Below, piece by piece: positions 1 through 10,400 of a stretch of 58,678 nucleotides of DNA; the first letter of the stretch is position 1; every line of letters starts with the position of its first letter. Below the pieces are notes generated by a model, which was given only the letters and a program-made list of their open reading frames with translations, searched no databases and was not told the origin of the DNA. This stretch comes from Christensenella sp. UBA6406 (lineage in GTDB: Bacteria > Bacillota > Clostridia > Christensenellales > UBA1242): NCBI GenBank assembly GCA_002438625.1, contig DJPS01000016.1, positions 1-58,678 of the forward strand. The letters run 5' to 3'. The position numbers were made by a program, and so were the translations under genes.

Positions 1-101
1 AATATTGAAACAACATCCACAACGGAAAACCACCAATCTTCCTTATCCGCATCCCATTCGGCTCTTATCTTTTTATCTTCAAAAATCTTAATATCAGGCA
101 T
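1..101 (-). CDS. 5' end of a gene truncated by the window edge (MPDIKIFEDKKIRAEWDADKEDWWFSVVDVVSI...); function not assignable, with a weak resemblance to N-termini of Bro-N/antirepressor-like proteins
   Basis: ATG at 101..99 is preceded by GGAG about 7 nt upstream. The frame is open to position 1. A TGtTATAAT extended -10 lies on the minus strand at 129..121. It is absent from the ORF track because fewer than 60 aa are visible. Confidence 0.45.
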   Translation of the reverse strand, partial: MPDIKIFEDKKIRAEWDADKEDWWFSVVDVVSI

Positions 102-221
102 AAATTTCTCCTATAATTTGATTATAACATAAACTATAATTGTTTTGTATTAAATTTTTGCAAATACTTTAATTTTACATCACTAAACAAACAACACAAT
201 AATTTTTCCAAATTTTTTTAT

Positions 222-262
222 AAAAAAAGGGGGGAAACGATTAACGCTTAGCCCCCTTTTGG
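222..262 (-). terminator. Candidate intrinsic (bidirectional) terminator downstream of the TasA-like gene
   Basis: A G-run at 229..234 pairs with a C-run at 252..256. It is flanked by an A-run on one side and a T-run on the other, so either strand has a stem followed by U-rich tail. The loop is rather long. Confidence 0.45.
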
Positions 263-472
263 TTTTTTGTTGCAGTGGTATCAACAACAAAACTTTTATA
301 TTTTTTCTTTAACCACTGCAATGGTACCGAATTTGTATGAGCAAGTCGTCTGTGGTAGTAACTTGCTAATACTATTGTAAATAAATATGTTTGTACTAAA
401 CAAAACATTTTCCACAGGTGCAACCACCATTAAATGATTGCACCTAATCAATTTCTAATGATTTAGAAATTA

Positions 473-1132
473 TTACTTAGCATTTGCTTGTGTTCCAGCA
501 GTTGCCCAAACTTTATCACTTGCTAAACCAGCAGTTAAAGCAGCACTAACATCAGTACCATAATCTTTAGTTAAGTGGTCTGCTTGAATTGCTTGCACTG
601 TAATAGTTAAAGTTACAGTTACATTTTGCCAAGAATTGTCATAATTAGCAGCTGTAAATATAATTGTTGCACCATCAGTACCATAATCTAAAATAGCTGT
701 ATGTTGCACATCTGCATTTTTAGCGATAAAACCATAGTATGTCTTATCTGCATCATTATATGTCATATTTGCCTTACCCTTAAAATAAGTATTTGCAAAA
801 ATGTCATTTATCAATGCATCAAGATTCAATCCTGCATCACTGCTTTCAGCAGCTAATTTGACGCGATAGAAAGTGTTTACATTGCTTTCCAATGTAGCTG
901 AACCTGAAACCTTGACAGAATCTCCAGGAACTATTTTACCAGTCTCAACTTGTGCAATAGCCAAATCGTTACCAGTAATTTTAATTTGACCAAAACTAAT
1001 AGATGTTTCACTACTTTCCTTGTTAGCAGTGAAATAAGCGAATGTTAGAGTTGCAGATAATGCAACTAGTAGCAAGATTACTGCTGACATAGCAACAACT
1101 AACTTGCTTTGTGATTTTTGTTTCATTTTCAT
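473..1132 (-). CDS. TasA/camelysin-like (peptidase M73-like fold) secreted protein with a SipW-dependent-type signal peptide
   Basis: The N-terminus is MKMKQKSQSKLVVAMSAVILLLVALSATLTFAYFTANKE, i.e. a basic n-region, a hydrophobic core and the AYF(T/S) motif typical of SipW-cognate signals. A PGDS motif is present and the terminal strand is ...TLTITVQAIQADHL, as in TasA/camelysin. The SD AAGGAG lies upstream of ATG 1132. Confidence 0.7.
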   Translation of the reverse strand: MKMKQKSQSKLVVAMSAVILLLVALSATLTFAYFTANKESSETSISFGQIKITGNDLAIAQVETGKIVPGDSVKVSGSATLESNVNTFYRVKLAAESSDAGLNLDALINDIFANTYFKGKANMTYNDADKTYYGFIAKNADVQHTAILDYGTDGATIIFTAANYDNSWQNVTVTLTITVQAIQADHLTKDYGTDVSAALTAGLASDKVWATAGTQANAK

Positions 1133-1940
1133 TTTTATTTTATCTCCTTATAAAATTGTTTGATAGTTAAGGTTAAGCATTTACCCTAACTACTAAAATG
1201 TGATTATTTGGTTTTATGCAAATATAAAGATAAAGCAAGTTGCAAAATATTTAAGCGGACTTAAAATTTAGAGCAAATTGATTTTAACTATTTTTGCATT
1301 TTGATTGTTTTATACATTTTAGTTTTTACTATAAAATTTTCATTTTAATTTTGACATAATAATTTCCTTCCCCTTTCTTAAAGCAAATCACAATGCCATA
1401 GCATTCAAACATTTTACAATAAAGACAAAACTTTTCTTTTAAACTTTTTGCATTATATTACATTTACAATTACGCATAACAATTTATACCGCCAGTTAAA
1501 AAGCAATTAAATAGACTTTATTAAATTACAAATTTAAACTTGCCAATTATCTCCTAGGCTGACTTTTAGCAAACTTAAAAATGCAATTAATTTATGTACT
1601 TAGCAAACTCTTATTGCGTGCTGAAAAATCTTAAAGAACTAGACTTTTGGGAATTTAATAAGTAGGTAAACTAAATTAAACTAGCACACCAAACACACCT
1701 GCAAAAATATTTAATTGTTTTTAATAAGCGACATAAGACCATTAAGCATAAGCGTAAAAATAATAGTCCTGCAAAAATTTTAAGCGATAAATTTTGAGAT
1801 TAATGTTTATTGTTTTTCGCTAATTGCAAAGTTATCCACCCGCCAAATTTAAAGCACTTACCACGGCACTTTAAAGGGCAATTTACATCTAAACATATTT
1901 CTATATTTAGACCTAAGGGCTAACTAAGATGTCACTATCA

Positions 1941-1968
1941 ATTATACCCCCCCCCGCCTAAAAGTCAA
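1941..1968 (-). promoter_or_regulatory. Near-consensus sigma-A type promoter whose spacer contains a G9 homopolymer
   Basis: On the minus strand: TTGACT (1968..1963), a 16-nt spacer TTTAGGC+G9, then TATAAT (1946..1941). A T8 run (A8 on the + strand, 1977..1984) sits just upstream of -35 like an UP element. It points toward the TasA-like gene about 800 nt downstream. Confidence 0.55.
1947..1955 (-). repeat. Homopolymeric G9 (C9 on the + strand) tract
   Basis: Direct reading gives attata-CCCCCCCCC-gccta. It has the same flank (TAGGC-G9 on the minus strand) as the tract at 47230..47238. Confidence 0.95.
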
Positions 1969-2172
1969 GCAAATGCAAAAAAAACACAAAATTTTTTAAA
2001 ATTTTCTTAAAAAACCCCTTTTTTGCCTCCATTTTTGAACAAAACACCCACCGTTTGTCCAATAATTTTTACCCCTTAAAAGCCCCCATTTTTAGCAATT
2101 ATCCCCAAAACAGCACCAAAACTTATAAAACACTCCCCCAAACTTTGCCCAAAATACCACCACAACACCACA

Positions 2173-2215
2173 CAAAAAAGGCAAAGTGAAGATTTTAATC
2201 ACTTTACCTTTTTCT
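2173..2215 (-). terminator. Intrinsic terminator hairpin, copy A of a 43-nt direct repeat
   Basis: On the minus strand: GGTAAAGTGA-loop-TCACTTTGCC followed by T6. It abuts the TAG stop (2216..2214) of the Toprim-like gene. It is 42/43 identical to 4318..4360. Confidence 0.65.
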
Positions 2216-2972
2216 ATAAATTATATTTTGATTTATGTGTTGTTACTTGGTTATAAAATGTTGTTGGATTATATTCAACCAAATATAATATGAAAGTATT
2301 TATAACATAAATCCAGCCATTTGAGTTTAAAAGGCTTAATTGTTTATCAAACAAATCAACTTGTTTTGCGTTATAAATAAAGTCTTTGGGTGGCAATTCA
2401 AATTTGCCATTTAAAATATAATGTAATTTTAATAAATGGTGATATGCCAAACTTACAAATAAGGCATAACTATGGTGTTCCACACAAGTATAATTTGAAA
2501 TATTGCCCACAATTTCCTTATAATTCTTTGCATCTTCTTTTGTTATTATTACATCTTTAAATTCATTATTTGGCAATTTATTAAAATGCCTATAAGACTG
2601 CATCATAGGATAATTTATATATATTTTTCCATTTTCAGTTGACTCATTAAAATATAAAGCCAACTTCCTTATAAGGTCAAAATGCGGGAAATCTTGTTGT
2701 GGTTCAAAATCAAAAACCAAAATAATATCGCTAAAATTTTGGGATAATATTTCCTTTTTATCACTATCTTTTTCTATTGATTTTAAAAAAAGTTGAATAT
2801 CAAAATCATCCTTAATTTCCCCATTTTTAGCGATTAAATTTGCTAGATTATGCAAGTTTGTTTTATAGGAAAAAATTTCATAATTTTTTAAGTCTTGACA
2901 AATTGAAAACAATCTATTTATAAATTTTACTTCATCATTTTCACCTTCTACGATAAATAAAATTTTACCCAT
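2214..2972 (-). CDS. Toprim-like protein of the RloB / AbiLii / DUF4435 (AriB) class
   Basis: The N-terminal motif is KILFIVEGENDEVKF, a Toprim catalytic-Glu strand (compare the RloB EGEKTE motif). An acidic strand ILVFDFEPQQD follows, then IYINYPMMQSY. ATG 2972 has GGAG 6 nt upstream, whereas the track start at 2975 is a TTG. The gene overlaps the ATPase stop by 8 nt, consistent with translational coupling. Confidence 0.55.
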   Translation of the reverse strand: MGKILFIVEGENDEVKFINRLFSICQDLKNYEIFSYKTNLHNLANLIAKNGEIKDDFDIQLFLKSIEKDSDKKEILSQNFSDIILVFDFEPQQDFPHFDLIRKLALYFNESTENGKIYINYPMMQSYRHFNKLPNNEFKDVIITKEDAKNYKEIVGNISNYTCVEHHSYALFVSLAYHHLLKLHYILNGKFELPPKDFIYNAKQVDLFDKQLSLLNSNGWIYVINTFILYLVEYNPTTFYNQVTTHKSKYNL

Positions 2973-4095
2973 CAAATTCTCCGCTTCTTAATAATTTTTC
3001 TAGGTTATGTGCTTCCCTTAATTCTCTTGCAGTTCTATCAATAAACGAATCTATTTTTTTATTATCAATAATAAAGTAGCAATCTGGTCGTAAAACATTG
3101 TTGCTTGCAATATAAGTGTTATGAGAAGTTAATAAAACTTGAATATTTTTCATTTGTTTAAACATTTCAACAACTTTTTTAGATAGTTCAAAGTGATAAA
3201 AAGCATCAAATTCATCAATAAATAAAAGACTTACATTATTTAATTGTTGATACCAATAAAATAATATTGTCATTGCTATTGTACCAGAAGAATTGACTAA
3301 TGCGAAATCTAATGCCTTATCACCTTTATCATTTACCATAACAAGCGTTTTTTGCGGTAATATGCCTGATGATATTGCAACATCTAATTTAACATTTAAT
3401 TTTGCATATGTGTTTAAAAATTCTTCCAATTCTTTAACTTTATTATTTTCAATTATCCACGCAATAATTTGTTCTGCACCATTTGAAATTCCAATATAAG
3501 CGTTTTCTTGTAATGACCTAAAATAAAGCATTCTGCTAGCGAAATCGCAAATAAATTTAATTATAGAATCTTGCTTATGAGAACCGTAAGCAAGCATATA
3601 TTTTATAAATGAAATGTCAAAATGATAATTATCATAATTAAACGAATCAAAGTCAATTTTATCAACATTTAGGCTTATAAAAGATTTTTTGCTTAAATCA
3701 CAACAAAATATTTCTTGATTTGCAACAGTTAATTTTTCGTAAATTATAGTTTTTGGGTCTTTTTTTCTATACTCGTAAACTATTACAACATTGTTATATA
3801 TAAACTCGTAAGTAAAAGTAGCAAATTTTTTTGAAGAATTAAAATTTAAAAAACTTCTTTTATCTAGTTGCCTTATATTCACATTATTAGCTGTTAAAAC
3901 TGAAACAATATCAAATAGAGCAAATGCAAGATTACTTTTTCCGCTTCCATTTTTTCCAAAAATAATAGCATTTTTAATTATACCTTTATCATTAATTGCA
4001 TCTTTGTTAAAATCGTAATCGTGTGATTTTGTTAAATCTAATGTTATTTTATTTTTAAATGATTTATAATTTTCAACACTAAATTTTGTTAGCAT
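2965..4095 (-). CDS. ABC-type (AAA_21/AAA_15-like, OLD/RecF-like) ATPase, partner of the Toprim-like gene
   Basis: Motifs present: Walker A GKNGSGKSN, a signature-like SSGT, Walker B/D-loop LLFIDEFDAFYH, and H-loop LLTSHN. The likely start is ATG 4095 (MLTKFSVENYKSFKN) with GGAGGG 6 nt upstream. The track start at 4152 is a TTG lying inside the predicted promoter. Confidence 0.75.
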   Translation of the reverse strand: MLTKFSVENYKSFKNKITLDLTKSHDYDFNKDAINDKGIIKNAIIFGKNGSGKSNLAFALFDIVSVLTANNVNIRQLDKRSFLNFNSSKKFATFTYEFIYNNVVIVYEYRKKDPKTIIYEKLTVANQEIFCCDLSKKSFISLNVDKIDFDSFNYDNYHFDISFIKYMLAYGSHKQDSIIKFICDFASRMLYFRSLQENAYIGISNGAEQIIAWIIENNKVKELEEFLNTYAKLNVKLDVAISSGILPQKTLVMVNDKGDKALDFALVNSSGTIAMTILFYWYQQLNNVSLLFIDEFDAFYHFELSKKVVEMFKQMKNIQVLLTSHNTYIASNNVLRPDCYFIIDNKKIDSFIDRTARELREAHNLEKLLRSGEFDG

Positions 4096-4123
4096 TGCTT
4101 TCCCTCCAAATGTATACACTTTT

Positions 4124-4152
4124 AGTTTACACTCCTTTGCTTTAAAAGTCAA
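4124..4152 (-). promoter_or_regulatory. Candidate promoter of the two-gene cassette
   Basis: On the minus strand: TTGACT (4152..4147), a 17-nt spacer, then TAAACT (4129..4124), about 25 nt upstream of ATG 4095. Confidence 0.4.
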
Positions 4153-4317
4153 TTAATTTTTAAATCTTTCCGTAATTTTTTTACGGATACATTTAATTAT
4201 AATCTTTTGATTGAAATTTTATGCTTTAATTGCTATAAATAAATATTAATATTTTATCTATCACATTATAACATACAAAATTATTAAATTAAAGTTTTCC
4301 TGCCAACCGAAACATAG

Positions 4318-4360
4318 CAAAAAAGGCAAAGTGAAGATTTTAATCACTTTGCCTTTTTCT
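4318..4360 (-). terminator. Intrinsic terminator of the 3956-aa gene, copy B of the 43-nt direct repeat
   Basis: On the minus strand: a perfect 10-bp stem GGCAAAGTGA/TCACTTTGCC followed by T6, about 65 nt downstream of the stop at 4424. Confidence 0.7.
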
Positions 4361-4423
4361 TAATTGTTTAATTTTATTTAATTTATTTTTATTACAATTT
4401 TAAATTGCTGTCATTAATTAAAA

Positions 4424-7400
4424 TTAAATATATTCTTCAATGTTTCGTTCTGAGCCGACTTGATTGCTTTTATCTAATGAGCCATAACCGCAAACCTTAA
4501 TTAATTTACTGAAATTTTGATAGTAATTGTTAATAATTTGCGTAAAACTTACGCTCTTAGTTATTGCACCAATTAAAATGCCATATTGTGTGTTTGCATC
4601 TGCTTCAAGTTCTGTTGCGTTGCTTAACCTTATAAAGTTATTTTCAATATGCATATTTTGTGCTTTTACATAGCCGACTATGCCTCCAACCCTTATAGGT
4701 TCTTTATTTGCCCCTACAAAGTTTGCTTTTATTGCACCATCAAAGATAGAATTAACAATTTTTGAACCTTCTGCATAGCCAACGAAACCGCCAACATATG
4801 CATAATTTTCATTTTGACTTATTCTTAAAGTTACATTCTTAACATTAACTTTATTGATTGTTGACACTGTTGAAATGCCTGCAATAGAACCTAAATAAGT
4901 TTTGCCTTCGCTTTGTTCTGTTTGGTTTAGAGTTATTGTTAAGCCATTAAATGTTACATTTTTAATTGCTGAACTATCCACTCTACCAAAGAAACCTAGT
5001 GAAATGTCGTTATCCTTGCCTGCTGTTTCGCTTAGCACAACATTTCTTATTGTGTAGCCTTTGCCATCAAAAATGCCTTTAAATGGAATTTCAAATGTAC
5101 CTAAACTTTGAACTGGATTACCATTTATTGTTGTTAAATTATTGAAATCAATATTTGTGCCCAATTCAAAAATTCTACCATCGCCACCATTTGGAATAGT
5201 GCCATTTCTAATTTGAATAGCAATATTTACAAGTTGAGATGCTTTTGTTATTATGTGCGTTCTTATGCCATCAAAACCCGTGTTTGTATCTGGTTCTTCT
5301 ATTGAAACTTTTTCCACCCATGAATGTGTTGGGTAAGATGCTGGCAAGTTATCCAAATTCCAATTTGCCGTAACTAACCAAGGATTTGTTGAACCGCTCC
5401 AATTTGAAGAAGTTTGATAAAATGATAATTGATTAAAGTTATCACTTGAAGAATTTATGCTCTTATAAACCTTTGTTAGTTTCATTGATACGCTAGAATC
5501 GTAAGCCAATAAGTTCGCACTATTTAGTGTGCCTGAATATAACTTAGTCCACGAATTGATTATGTTTGTGGTTGTTGTGCCTTTTGCAATTAGCCCGTAA
5601 ACTTTTCCGCTTACGCCATTTGCAATGCTAGCATTTAATATATTTGCATAGCAATTTGTTATATTCACACCTTGTGAAGATGTTGCACCAATAAATGCTG
5701 AAACATTTGCATTTGCATTTATATTAATCTTATCAACTGATGTGTAGCAACTTTGGACTGAACTTGCTCCGCTTGTTGTGCCGAACAAGTAACCGCCCAT
5801 AGCACCAACAGCAATCGTATTTGGATTTGCCACTGTAATTGTTGCCTTAGACACTGAAACCTTGCTTAAAATTGAGTTTGTTGCAAAGCCCACAAGACCG
5901 ACATAAATTGCATCATCATCTTCGCTTACATTAAATTCAACGCCATTAAAGGCAATATTTTTAAGTGTCATTCCGCTTGCATAATTTATAAAGCCTGTAT
6001 AGATATCGTTGTTGTTTTTAAACTTAACATTAGAAATCGTGTAGGTATTCCCGTCAAAAGTGCCCCTAAATGCATTCATACTTGAACCTAGACCTGCAAA
6101 GTTTGCACCTGCAAAATCAATGTTTCCAGCAAGCATAAATGTTATGCCTTTTGCACCATTTGCAATGTATCCATAATTGATTAAAGTTGATAAAATTTGT
6201 AAATCTTTAACTGAACTAATTAAATAGCATTCATAAGAAACGCTTGTAAGTTTCTTAAATATATTCAACTTGTTCAAATCAACTTTTGTAACTTCTATAT
6301 CTCTTAAAACTGGCGTTTTGCTATCTCCATTTTCAAATTCAAAGTTTGAGATTAAATGCATTAAGAAGATTTGTGTTTTCATTCCTTTAATTTTTACGCC
6401 GTTTCTTGTCCAATCTTCATAAATTGGAGTGCCATACGTTTGATTAACTGCTTTTTTACCATCGCTAAGCATTTGCAATAATTCATAGCCATTTCCATAT
6501 GTGTTTACGCCTTTGCTGTAACCATCTGGCACTGCCATTTGCGTGTTTGCGTTGTTGCTTAGAACGGCAACATCGTTAATTACAATATTTGTTGCTATAT
6601 CGTTTGCTTTTTCTATGTTTGGCGTTGCAGTTTTATAGACAACTTTATTGAATGAATTTGCAAATAATGAATTATTATCATTTGCTTTTAGTGGAGCGAC
6701 ATCGTTTATTGTGCCAACCAAGCCGACAAGTCCGCCAATTTGCGTTTGTTCGTATTCTTCCAATTTAGTATAATCGTAACTTACAAGTGAAACCGCATTA
6801 TTGATTTCTAGCACATTTGTTGCTGATAGCAATTTAACCACATTTGTATTCACTTCATCATCCACATAAACATTATCAAATTTTTGCGTATAAATGAAAT
6901 TGTTTGCAAGAGAGCCAACGATTCCGCCAATATACTTATAATAATATGTTGATATTGTTGTGCCTGGATCATAAGTTGCTGTATCACTATATTTAATATA
7001 AATTGTTCCGCTTGCATAAACATTTGAAATTACACCGCTTAAACTGCGACCAACAATTCCGCCAGCGACAAGAGCGTATTCATCTTTAATATTGACTTTT
7101 GAATATGAATTAGATATATTACCGCCATTATTAAAGCCAACCAATCCGCCTATTGCTGTTGCCTTGCCATCTATTCTATTTGAATCAGTTATTCCAACTC
7201 TATAATAATCATTATTTGCTATTGTGTTGAAATATCCAACCGCTTCGCCCGTATCAATAACGCTTTGGACATCATCTTCATATTGAATAAATGATTTATC
7301 TATTTTTCCTCTATTTTCAGATGCTAAGCCACCAATCATACTTATACCTTTAATGAACATATCATCTGTTACATACACTTTTGCATTGCTAACGGCACTT

Positions 7401-10400
7401 GCTTTATCTATAAGCCCGAAACCGCCACCAACCATTTCGCCAATGACTGTAACGCCGTTTGTGATGCTTACACTTTGGACTTTACTGCCCACAAGCACGC
7501 CAACCACGCCACCAGCATATGACACCTTATCAGCAACGGCACTTTCGTATAGATATGTGTTTGTTGCCCTATAACCTGCATTGACTGAAAGTTCTGTGTG
7601 AATGTCCTTGATTACACTATTTTCACTATATCCCGCAAGTCCGCCTGCCATATTCTTTCCGTGCACAATCGCTTCACCAGATAGAGAAATATTATAAACT
7701 TTGCTGTTATTAATTGTCCCCGCAACTGTTCCAACCTTTTGGCATGCACTACCAAACATTTCGTCCGCTTTTATTGTTACATTTTTAAATACTGCATTAT
7801 CAAGCGTTCTAAATAAGCCCATATTGCTTAAATCACTTGCTTCATCATTAGAATTTAAATAACTATTTCTTAAATTTGCAATTTGCATTGCATTTCCTTC
7901 AAAATAGCCATTAAAGTTAATCTTATAACTTTCTGCCATTATTACATCTTCGCTGAAATCAATGTCGCAAGCCATTATATAATATTTATCATTTCCGCTT
8001 GATGAAGCAGGTTCTAGCACATACGTGTTGAAGTCGCTTGCACTATAAATTACATAAGGATGTTCAACACTTCCATAATTTGCACCAATTAATGATGTAT
8101 AAATATATTCAGGTTGACCGCCCGTTGTGGTTACCGTAACCAAATCTACATAACCACGAGAAATAATGTTAGCAGATGTGATTGTCGGTTTTCCATAAAT
8201 GAATTTTTGTCCTTTATATGCACTTGTTGTGCTTGCTTTTGTTGTTGGAATAAACCAAACACCATTTACACTATTTTCATTTACATTGCCATTAACTTCT
8301 GTATCAAATGCAAAACTTTCAAATGTATCAATGAAAGCAAACTCTTCTGCCGTTTCAATCATTGTTGCAGGCTGACTATCTTGATATGTGTATTTACCCA
8401 TTAAGAAATATGCACTTATAATGTCTCCTGTGTTATTTACATTGTTATAATCATCTAACCCAATATATGGCATATCTTGCACACTGTTTTCTCTTACAAT
8501 GCTTGTGCTATATGTGTTTTTAATGCTTCCACTGTTTGTGAACACAAAACCCGCTGTTGGAGCATTAGAGTTGATTCTTATATTAGAATAACAGTTGCTA
8601 ATTTCGCCCGCATTTTCATAAACGAAACCGCCCACACGGCTTACCGCATTTAATTCTATTTCAACATTATCTCTATTTGCAAAATTATATTTTCCTTCTA
8701 CAAATGAAAGAGCAATTCTTCCGCTGTTAGAGCCAACCAAACCGCCGACTTTGCTATATTCGCTTGCACTTGTATAACTGTAAAGGATTGCTTTGCTGTA
8801 ACAACTTGAAACAACACCAGAGTTTTGCCCCGTGATTGCACCAACAACCCCGTAATTGTGGAATTTAACATTTTCTTCTATTCTGCTATTTGCGATTGTT
8901 CCATTGTTTTCGCCAACCAAAATACCCATTGTGCTTTCTACAAAGTCGCTATCAACCGTGGTTAATGTTATCCTTACTTTTAAGCCTTTTGCACTTGCAG
9001 GGATTGCATTACCAGACACCGTTGTGGTTGTTTCCGCTAAATTTGATGAAATAATTGTATTTTGATAATCATATGGAGAAATAACTTCCTTACCATTTAT
9101 AACTCTTTGAACGATTGCAGAAGAAACTTCTTCGCCAGCATATGAAACACTGCAATTATAGATGCTTCCATTGTTTACAGCGGTTAGCAAACCAAATATA
9201 ACTTGACTATAACCTTCCGCATCAATCTCCAAAGTTGAATTTCCAACAATTAGATGAATATTTTCAAATATTGCGCCTTCATAAATTTCTGTAAATAAAC
9301 CTATTTGCTTAGAACCTGACCTATTTTCAAGTTCTGTTTCATCTTTGTAACTATTGATAGTTATTGTATGATTATTACCATTAAAAGATTTAATTTGCGT
9401 TGAAATTGGCTTAAAGTTATCTAAAACTAAATCAGTCATTAATATATAACTTATGTCCGCTTCCATTGCATAAAATTCATTTTCATTATAGATAGGTACG
9501 GCATTTGTTCTATCTGTATTTAGATAAAAATTTACCGTAAACACCCTATCTAAAATTTGATAAACTTTTCCGTTTGCAATATATTTATCCGTTAAAAGTG
9601 CAGATAAATTCTTATCATCCCTATAAATATTCTCTATACCTGATTTTTCATAAACCCATTCTTTTGTAACTCTATCAAAACTAAACTTTAACTTTGCTGA
9701 GATGCGTTTTTGATTTGAATCCTTATTGTCATAATTCACCCCTGTAACATAAAGGTCTTTTGATGTTATACTCTTAGAATTTACTTCAAAATATGCATTT
9801 TTATAATATTTACCTATTGCAACATCGTTGCCCGTGTTGCTTGCCTTGTAAGCATACCAAGTGTTGAAATCTGATGTGCTTAACTTTTCTAAATCTGCAA
9901 TAATTTTCGCCCTTATTGCATCGTTTGTTTCATCATAGAAGAATTTAGATTTTTCAAAACTTAACTTTAATGCATAAGTTCCTCCAAAAACTTCTCTCAT
10001 AACATTGTTTGAAACATTTTCAAAACCAATGTCCTTAATTACATAATCTACAACTATAAATTCTAGCGTATCAGTTGCAGTTTTTGTTAATTTGCCAATT
10101 CTCTTATTTATTGTTGCCTTAATTTCCACAACATCACCAACACTTGCAAGAGAACTAACATTTAGTTTATAAGCATTTGTTCCCTTAACTTTCGTAACGC
10201 TTGCATATGGATAATTAACGCCATCTTTTGTTACGTCAAAACTTACATCGCCATCGTATTCAAAGAATGACACACCAAGTTCGCTCTCCGTTCCAAATGG
10301 CATATAAATTTCATTATTTTGTTTGCTTGTTTCGCCATTTAAACTTAGGTTGACTTTTGGCAAATAAGCACAATCTAACACTAGATCATAAGAATAAACT

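Noticed and set aside
241-423. A 60-aa minus-strand ORF between the TasA-like gene and the terminator.
   Set aside because: It starts at a TTG with no SD and its 3' end runs through the terminator hairpin. It has no recognisable features. A small hydrophobic peptide cannot be fully excluded.
1164-1192. The imperfect hairpin TAGTTAAGGT-n9-ACCCTAACTA in the leader just upstream of the TasA-like SD, considered as a possible attenuator or riboswitch expression platform.
   Set aside because: It has one mismatch, no U-tract and no recognisable aptamer consensus upstream. It is mentioned only within the ORF-free-region finding.
1975-2175. A G-quadruplex (minus strand) or Rho-utilisation (rut, plus strand) interpretation of the C-rich, G-poor block.
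   Set aside because: The G-runs on the minus strand are separated by loops of up to about 30 nt, too long for canonical G4 folding. I can see no plus-strand transcript crossing the block that would use a rut site. It is kept only as a compositional oddity.
4169-4187. The hairpin TCCGTAA-ttttt-TTACGGA upstream of the defence-like cassette promoter.
   Set aside because: It is a 7-bp stem with no U-tract on the relevant strand and no second copy. This is too little evidence to call it a terminator or operator.
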